Below, piece after piece: positions 58,067 through 64,000 of a DNA stretch of 64,000 nucleotides. Origin of the DNA: a virus; the IMG/VR virus record IMGVR_UViG_3300011116_001048, positions 32,001 to 96,000 of that record; one strand, written 5' to 3'. The notes beneath the pieces were generated by a model. It was not told the DNA's origin and ran no database searches. It saw only the letters and a program-made list of their open reading frames with translations. Made by a program: the position numbers and the translations under genes. Within the stretch, counting starts at the first letter, position 1; the number at the start of each line of letters is the position of its first letter.

Positions 58067-60067
58067 ATGTTTAACCCCTTTGGAAATGTACTAAGATTCC
58101 CTGATGGCCGAGTTATAGTCAAACAGCCCAATGGAATGTGGAAAGACACCACTACAGGGGTTCAGTTCCACCAAAACACCGCCCAAGACTTGTTTTACTC
58201 GTCCATGTATCATCTAGACGTTTCAGACGGTGGACGGGTAAAAAAAGCAAGAAGTGGCGATGGTTCAACTTTAAATTTGGATTTTACTGCTACAACCTCT
58301 TTAAATTCCATGTTTACGTTTAGTCGAACCACTACGGCAACCTTCATCAACAGCAGCGGGCTGGTGCAATATGCAGATGCGAATCTGATTCTTCAGAGTG
58401 AGTCCCTAGCCACGTCACCGTGGACCCCAACCAATGGAGCAAGTGTTGCCGACGTTTCAACCACAAATCCGATAGGAGGCTCAACGGCAACACAACTGAC
58501 TTCTGGTGGCGCAAATAACTCTGTTCTGCAAGCACCATCTCTCGCAGCAAGTGTTCCACACACGGTGCGGTTTTGGGTGCGTGGCGGAACGTCTACACAG
58601 ATGCAGTTCGGATACTTCGCTGGTAGTTTTCAGACCGCAAGCGGAGTCACGGTTGTCGGAAGTGGAAGCGTGATTGGTACTGGGTTGATGACGATTACGG
58701 GATTGTCTACGACAACGTGGACGCAAGTTACATTTGTGTTGGCCTCGCCAGCCGCCAGTGGGTCACTTCTGTTCTATCCAGACACCGCAAGCCCAACTGT
58801 TGGAAGAACGAACTTTGTGTGGGGTGTGCAGATGAATGCAGGATCAACTGCAAGTGCGTACAATCGCACGACTACTTCTGCCTACCATTCCCCCCGTTTC
58901 GACTACGACCCGACCACGCTCGCGCCTCGCGGGCTGCTGATTGAAGGCAGCGCGACCAACTTAATACCGTACAGTTTTGCTATGACCGGTGGACAATGGG
59001 AGTATGCTGCAGGAGGAACTATTACAGTTACACTTAATACCTCAGAGACGACCGCACCAGACGGAACAACCGGAGCAATAAAGATACTAAAAAACTCCGG
59101 TTCAAATTCGTACACATTTGTACGAAACTCAGTAACACCAACAACGTCTGATTATCACACTGTAAGTTTTTGGGCCAAAAAACCTAGTATTAACGGATCA
59201 ACATACGCAGGATTGCGTACCACCGGTGCAGGATTTGTGCCAGCAGACGCAACTAAAAGTATAGTATTTGATCTGGTAAACGGTACTGTTGTGACTGGTT
59301 TGAGCGGAAACCAGTTTTACACCAATCCTACAATTACGCCGTATAGAGACGGTTGGTACCGAATAAGTGCCACATCTGGGGCAACTATGGCTTCAGGGTT
59401 AGGATCTGTTTACGCCAGCATATGTATGACAACTCCTGAAGATAATGGCAAAGAAAACAACACGCTTCCAGCAAACACAAGCATGTATGTATGGGGTCCT
59501 ATGCATGAAGCTGGATCTGGGGCTTCATCGTACATTCCAACCGGTGCGGCATCGGGAGGTGCTCAAAGAACATCAGATAATGCGTATCTAACAAATTGGT
59601 CTGCATTCTCATCAAACTGGAACCAATACGAAGGAACTCTGTTAATCGATGGTGATGTAACCAGAATTTCTTCAATTCAATCATATCCACGTATTGTTGC
59701 GTTTACTACCACAACAAACACCACTCCACGATTTGGTGTATTTATGGATACTGCGCTCAATACATACAAAGGAGAAGTGTATCTTCAAACATATCTTATA
59801 GATGCAACGGTAAGTATAACACCCGGAACACGATTTGTTCACGCAATTTCTGCTCTTCAAGATACAACAAGCCGTTTGCGTGGATCGATAAACGGGAGTA
59901 CAGTCACAGAAGTTACTGACGCTTCACCTCTTGGTTTAACTTTGGTTGGAGGTCTGGCTTTTAACTCCGGCCCAAATACTAATTGCCCATCCGTTCATTT
60001 GCGCCGTGTAAAATATTGGCCTCGTGCTTTTTCACAAACAGAACTAAATTCTATTACCACAATCTAA
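58067..60067 (+). CDS. Spike/adhesin protein with two CBM-like modules and a C-terminal LamG/concanavalin-like domain
   Basis: L.LDF ... TFSR.T.AT.....G.VQ ... PRFDYDP.T..PRGLLIEGS.TNL; two NL....W...WG....G..AS.Y..T modules; GAGGA RBS. Confidence 0.7.
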   Translation: MFNPFGNVLRFPDGRVIVKQPNGMWKDTTTGVQFHQNTAQDLFYSSMYHLDVSDGGRVKKARSGDGSTLNLDFTATTSLNSMFTFSRTTTATFINSSGLVQYADANLILQSESLATSPWTPTNGASVADVSTTNPIGGSTATQLTSGGANNSVLQAPSLAASVPHTVRFWVRGGTSTQMQFGYFAGSFQTASGVTVVGSGSVIGTGLMTITGLSTTTWTQVTFVLASPAASGSLLFYPDTASPTVGRTNFVWGVQMNAGSTASAYNRTTTSAYHSPRFDYDPTTLAPRGLLIEGSATNLIPYSFAMTGGQWEYAAGGTITVTLNTSETTAPDGTTGAIKILKNSGSNSYTFVRNSVTPTTSDYHTVSFWAKKPSINGSTYAGLRTTGAGFVPADATKSIVFDLVNGTVVTGLSGNQFYTNPTITPYRDGWYRISATSGATMASGLGSVYASICMTTPEDNGKENNTLPANTSMYVWGPMHEAGSGASSYIPTGAASGGAQRTSDNAYLTNWSAFSSNWNQYEGTLLIDGDVTRISSIQSYPRIVAFTTTTNTTPRFGVFMDTALNTYKGEVYLQTYLIDATVSITPGTRFVHAISALQDTTSRLRGSINGSTVTEVTDASPLGLTLVGGLAFNSGPNTNCPSVHLRRVKYWPRAFSQTELNSITTI

Positions 60068-60069
60068 TT

Positions 60070-60369
60070 ATGAGCGATTTTTTCCTTCGAACAAACAATA
60101 AAACACTTATGAAAACTGCGTTGTTATCTTCTGGTATTGAGGTAGAAGGTATCGACGGAGAAACGGTATGGTTTAACGGTATTCGTATCGATTTAGGTTG
60201 GATCGGGCCTATTTCACAGCCCAATCCCACGAATCCCAGTGGCCCTCTTATTACTGATAATCGATTTCATGCAAACATGAGAGTAAGTGGAGAACTGGCA
60301 AAAGATATATTGGATAAGCTTCCGATATTAGATCCGCCACCTAGTACTCCTGTACGTGTTTGGGCGTAA
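60070..60369 (+). CDS. Small partner protein of the spike gene
   Basis: ATG 2 nt after the spike stop; D..G.I ... H.N.R ... P.TP.RVWA C-terminus typical of fibre-adjacent small genes. Confidence 0.55.
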   Translation: MSDFFLRTNNKTLMKTALLSSGIEVEGIDGETVWFNGIRIDLGWIGPISQPNPTNPSGPLITDNRFHANMRVSGELAKDILDKLPILDPPPSTPVRVWA

Positions 60370-60410
60370 CAGGCAACACATTTAACTACATTTAAAAAGG
60401 AATATACATT

Positions 60411-61430
60411 ATGAGTGGGTTTTTACATGATCTAATCAAAGAGTCGGGTAATCAGTACGCAGGTATGATTGAAGACGGTATTGAAGGCAGTGATATTCGT
60501 GGGTTTATTGACACGGGCTCGTACGCGTTCAACGCTCTGGTGTCAGGCTCGCTGTACGGTGGTATTGCAGACAACAAGATTATTGCACTGGCTGGTGAGT
60601 CGGCTACAGGCAAGACGTACTTTTCCATCGGTATGGTACGTAAGTTTCTGGAAGACCGTAAGGACGGTATGGTACTGTACTTTGATTCAGAGCAGGCTGT
60701 GACTTCAGACATGTTCTTGGATCGCGGTGTAGACCCCAAGCGTATTGCAGTGTTCCCTGTGGCTACGATTGAAGAGTTCCGTGGTCAGCTAATCAAAATT
60801 GTGGACAAGTATCTGGAGCAAGACGCAGAGAAGCGTAAGCCCCTGATGGTTGTACTGGACTCACTGGGCATGTTGAGCACCAGCAAGGAAATGAACGATA
60901 CTGCTGAAGGTAAGGAAGTACGTGACATGACCCGTGCTCAGGTTATCAAGAGTACCTTCCGTGTGCTTACCCTGAAGCTTGGCAAGGCTGGTATTCCACT
61001 AGTAATGACCAACCACACCTACGACGTGGTAGGCTCGTACGTTCCCACCAAGGAGATGGGTGGTGGTTCTGGTCTTAAGTACGCCGCATCAACTATCGTA
61101 TACCTGTCCAAGAAGAAGGACAAGGACGCAGACGGTCAGGTGGTTGGTAATATCATCCACTGCAAGCTGTACAAAAGCCGCCTCACCAAGGAAAACCAGA
61201 TGGTGGATGTACGTCTCAACTACGACAGTGGCCTGAATCGTTACTACGGACTTCTTGACATTGCTCTAAAGCATGATATATTTAAGAAGGTGTCTACTCG
61301 TATTGAACTTCCCGGAGGCGAAAAGGCGTTCGAGAAGAACATTAACGAAGAACCGGAAAAGTATTTCACTGAGGATGTAATGAAGCGTCTAGAAGAGGCT
61401 GTAGCAAAGGAATTTAAGTATGGACAGTAA
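60411..61430 (+). CDS. uvsX: RecA-like recombinase UvsX
   Basis: Motifs [44 protein letters not shown] and TNHTY. Confidence 0.96.
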   Translation: MSGFLHDLIKESGNQYAGMIEDGIEGSDIRGFIDTGSYAFNALVSGSLYGGIADNKIIALAGESATGKTYFSIGMVRKFLEDRKDGMVLYFDSEQAVTSDMFLDRGVDPKRIAVFPVATIEEFRGQLIKIVDKYLEQDAEKRKPLMVVLDSLGMLSTSKEMNDTAEGKEVRDMTRAQVIKSTFRVLTLKLGKAGIPLVMTNHTYDVVGSYVPTKEMGGGSGLKYAASTIVYLSKKKDKDADGQVVGNIIHCKLYKSRLTKENQMVDVRLNYDSGLNRYYGLLDIALKHDIFKKVSTRIELPGGEKAFEKNINEEPEKYFTEDVMKRLEEAVAKEFKYGQ

Positions 61431-61689
61431 TACTGTGTGGTGGTTTGTTGGTGGTCTAGTAGGTGGTGTTGTTGGTGCTGCAATTGGAAGGACAGTGTAT
61501 AATTTTGTTTGGACGTATTACGAAGATTTACGAAAGTTAAATCTACGTATCGTGGACGTTCAACGTGAACTGGGCGAAAATATACGCCAAAATGATCTTC
61601 GTCGTAGCGATAATTTTCATCTCTTATGGAACAAAATTCAAGATTTAACGTGTCGTGTTACTGCACTGGAACCTAAGAAGACCAAGTAA
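61420..61689 (+). CDS. Small single-pass membrane protein with a glycine zipper and coiled coil
   Basis: Hydrophobic segment [18 protein letters not shown] followed by a heptad-like region; overlaps both neighbouring genes. Confidence 0.55.
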   Translation: MDSNTVWWFVGGLVGGVVGAAIGRTVYNFVWTYYEDLRKLNLRIVDVQRELGENIRQNDLRRSDNFHLLWNKIQDLTCRVTALEPKKTK

Positions 61690-63083
61690 TGAAAGAATTT
61701 GAACTAGTGCTTCTAGAAGCACTTCTCTTCCGAGAAGACTTCTACAAGAAGGTTATACCTTTTATCAAGAATGAATACTTCCACAGGAAGCCTATTCAGA
61801 TGTTGTATACGTGCATCCACGACTTTGTGATGCAGTACAACGCGTGTCCGTCCAAGGATGCTATGAGTATCTGTCTTGAGAAGCACAAGGGCATTGCTCA
61901 GAAAGAGTACGATGAGTGTATTGAGATGCTGGAAGACTTTAACAAGAAGTCTGCAGACCAGCACAATCTGGAATGGCTGATCACAGAAACTGAAAACTTC
62001 TGTAAAGAAAAGGCGTTATACAATGGCATCATGGAATCCATTCAGATTATTGATGGAAAGTCCAAGGACAAAATCCGAACGGCTATTCCAAGTATTCTAT
62101 CTGATGCTCTTGCAGTTAGTTTTGATACTAATATCGGTCACGATTACTTGGAAGATTCAGATCAACGATACGAGTTTTATCATCGAATCGAAAAGCGGAT
62201 TCCGTTTGATCTGGAGTTTTTCAACACCATCACCAACGGCGGAACTCCCATCAAGACCTTGAATATCGTGATGGCAGGTACAGGTGTAGGCAAGTCCTTA
62301 TTTCTTTGCCATCATGCAGCAAATTGTCTTGCACAAGGCATGAACGTGTTGTATATTACGTGTGAGATGGCCGAGGAACGTATTGCCGAACGTATTGATG
62401 CTAATCTGCTGGACATCACTCTGGATTCGCTGCGTGAACTTCCCAAGGAAGTGTACGAGAAAAAGATGAACACACTAAAGCAAACCGTGAAGGGTAAGAT
62501 TATTATTAAAGAGTATCCTACATCCAGTGCCAGTGTGAACCACTTCCGTGTCCTGCTGGACGAACTTAATCTGAAGAAGAAGTTCAAGCCAGACGTGATT
62601 ATTATTGATTACCTGAACATCTGTGCGTCTAGTCGTATGAAGCACAACGGTAACGTTAATTCGTATATGTACATCAAGGCTATTGCAGAGGAACTCCGAA
62701 GCATGGCTGTGGAGTACAGCGTACCAATCTGGTCCGCCACACAAGTCAATCGTACAGGATTTGCCAGCACCGATATCGGTCTGGAAGACACTTCCGAATC
62801 GTTTGGTCTACCAGCAACAGCAGACTTTATGTTTGCTCTGATCTCTACAGAAAAGCTGGACGAGATGAACCAGATCATGGTGAAGCAATTGAAGAACAGG
62901 TATAACGATACCGCAATCAATCGTAAGTTTATTGTGGGTATCAATCGTGCCAAGATGAAACTATTTGATGTGGAGCAGTCTGAACTGGCAGACGCCAATC
63001 AAGAACCGGACACAGAAGAGGACGAGGAGTATCGCTTTACCAGCAAGTTTGGTAAGAAAGACTTTTCCAAGTTTCGATCATGA
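61689..63083 (+). CDS. gp41: Replicative DNA helicase gp41
   Basis: Motifs SF.T..GHDY, AGTGVGKSL, T.EMAEERIAERIDAN, KEYPT..A, IDYLNIC.S, TQ.NR.G and EDTSESFGLPATAD. Confidence 0.97.
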   Translation: MKEFELVLLEALLFREDFYKKVIPFIKNEYFHRKPIQMLYTCIHDFVMQYNACPSKDAMSICLEKHKGIAQKEYDECIEMLEDFNKKSADQHNLEWLITETENFCKEKALYNGIMESIQIIDGKSKDKIRTAIPSILSDALAVSFDTNIGHDYLEDSDQRYEFYHRIEKRIPFDLEFFNTITNGGTPIKTLNIVMAGTGVGKSLFLCHHAANCLAQGMNVLYITCEMAEERIAERIDANLLDITLDSLRELPKEVYEKKMNTLKQTVKGKIIIKEYPTSSASVNHFRVLLDELNLKKKFKPDVIIIDYLNICASSRMKHNGNVNSYMYIKAIAEELRSMAVEYSVPIWSATQVNRTGFASTDIGLEDTSESFGLPATADFMFALISTEKLDEMNQIMVKQLKNRYNDTAINRKFIVGINRAKMKLFDVEQSELADANQEPDTEEDEEYRFTSKFGKKDFSKFRS

Positions 63084-64000
63084 CCCTATTCATCGATAAA
63101 AAGTTTATCAATCTGATGTCAGGCCAACTGGAACGTTTCAGTTGGAAGAAAGACAATCTGGCTAATTGTCGTTGTCCTATCTGTGGTGATTCCAGCAAGA
63201 ACAAAGTTAAGGCTCGTGGATTCTTCTTTGAGAAGAAAGGTGAGTTCTTTTACAAGTGTCATAACTGTAGTGTAGGATTGAATTTATACAACTTTATGAG
63301 TAAAGTTACTCCAAACCTATGTAAAGAGTACAGTCTAGAAAAGTTTAAAGAGAAACAACCAACACAGGAAAGGGAAAAACCTAAGATGCTGTTCTCCAAG
63401 AAGCCCAAAAAGAAGTACACTATTGAGCTGCCCACTGTTGCAGAACTGCCACCTAATCACATGTGCCGCCAGTTTGTGGAACTACGAAAAATTCCCAAGA
63501 AGATGTGGCAGCATCTGTATTACGCAGAAGATTTTGCAGAGTGGGCCAAGCGTATTAATAAAGAGTCTGCAGAAGGTTTAGCCAGTGAACCTCGTCTGGT
63601 GATTCCTATTCTAGATCGTAAAGGGCATCTAGTAGGAGCACAAGGACGAGTACTTAAAGTGTCCACAGATCGTGCTGCCCGTAAGAGTGTTCGTTACATC
63701 ACCATCAAACCACACGATCAAGAACACAAGTCGTGGTACGGTTTAGATCGTCTAGATCTAACAGGAACTGTGTATGTTGTTGAAGGACCACTAGATTCGT
63801 TATTCCTTCCTAACTGTCTTGCGACTGTGGGAATGAGTGATGTGTTTAACGTTCCTAAGGAAATTAAAACTCGTTCTGTGATTTATGTGGTGGACAACGA
63901 ACCACGAAACGCTCAAGTAGTTCATACCATGGAAAAACTTGTTGATCAACATAAACGTGTTTGTGTTTGGCCTGACCATATCAAACACAAAGATATTAAT
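63080..64000 (+). CDS. gp61: DNA primase gp61, 3'-truncated by the window edge (absent from the ORF track)
   Basis: The ATG overlaps the gp41 stop. Translation gives MTLFIDKKFINL...NCRCPICGDS.KNK.KARG...YKCHNC, then the TOPRIM motifs YVVEGPLDS and DNEPRN. Confidence 0.95.
   Translation, partial: MTLFIDKKFINLMSGQLERFSWKKDNLANCRCPICGDSSKNKVKARGFFFEKKGEFFYKCHNCSVGLNLYNFMSKVTPNLCKEYSLEKFKEKQPTQEREKPKMLFSKKPKKKYTIELPTVAELPPNHMCRQFVELRKIPKKMWQHLYYAEDFAEWAKRINKESAEGLASEPRLVIPILDRKGHLVGAQGRVLKVSTDRAARKSVRYITIKPHDQEHKSWYGLDRLDLTGTVYVVEGPLDSLFLPNCLATVGMSDVFNVPKEIKTRSVIYVVDNEPRNAQVVHTMEKLVDQHKRVCVWPDHIKHKDIN

Noticed and set aside
58067-60067. Diversity-generating retroelement target
   Set aside because: No reverse transcriptase and no near-identical template/variable repeat pair is present in the window.
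18351-60069. Longest-ORF starts given in the track for uvsY (18351), 20238, 26699, 27369, 31315, 50058 and 59983
   Set aside because: Downstream ATGs fit RBS/promoter spacing or ATGA coupling better and avoid long overlaps, so refined starts were used.
7090-63083. Inteins, introns or homing endonucleases in terminase, gp43, gp41, uvsW or gp46
   Set aside because: Each gene has normal T4-like length and contiguous motifs; no HNH, GIY-YIG or LAGLIDADG ORF was recognised.
319-63988. The many minus-strand and alternate-frame ORFs in the track (for example 14584-15093, 51312-51626, 52275-52796)
   Set aside because: All lie within well-supported + strand genes, lack RBS/promoter context and family motifs, and several are mirror products of Gly-rich repeats.
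1-64000. Stop-codon reassignment (alternative genetic code)
   Set aside because: All core genes translate full-length under the standard code, with no fragmentation at TAG or TGA.
1-64000. tRNA or other structured RNA genes
   Set aside because: Intergenic gaps are at most about 130 bp and no cloverleaf or T-loop signature was seen; only the gp23 terminator hairpin is supported.

Overview
This is a 64-kb segment of a T4-like (Tevenvirinae/Kyanoviridae-type gene set) myovirus genome; the host cannot be determined from this window. Coding is dense and every credible gene is on the + strand. The order is: two virion/fibre-like paralogues; neck, tail-completion and packaging genes (gp13-17); sheath and tube (gp18/19); head assembly (gp20, gp67-like, gp21, gp22, gp23); gp3; uvsY/uvsW; late sigma gp55; gp47/46; rnh; clamp and loader (gp45/44/62); regA; a ~26-kb island; then gp43, a two-gene spike/adhesin cassette, uvsX, gp41 and a truncated gp61 primase. 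The island lies between regA and gp43, which are adjacent in T4. It holds a 17-gene glycan synthesis and tailoring operon (about 10-12 glycosyltransferases from GT10, GT11, GT25, GT47, GT77-like, GT-B and GT2-TPR types, two methyltransferases, an O-acetyltransferase, HtrL and RmlB). Directly after it are late-promoter-driven virion genes, including putative glycoside-hydrolase-fold proteins and two collagen-like fibres, one with Thr-rich G-X-T repeats reminiscent of the glycosylated spore collagen BclA. The best candidate for a new system is phage-encoded glycosylation of its own collagen-like fibres; this is inferred, not shown. Other notable points are many apparently leaderless genes, a minimal divergent tail sheath, a candidate protease-processed internal head protein, and a high-GC module swapped into a spike gene. 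All family calls come from motif recognition by eye, with no database searches.
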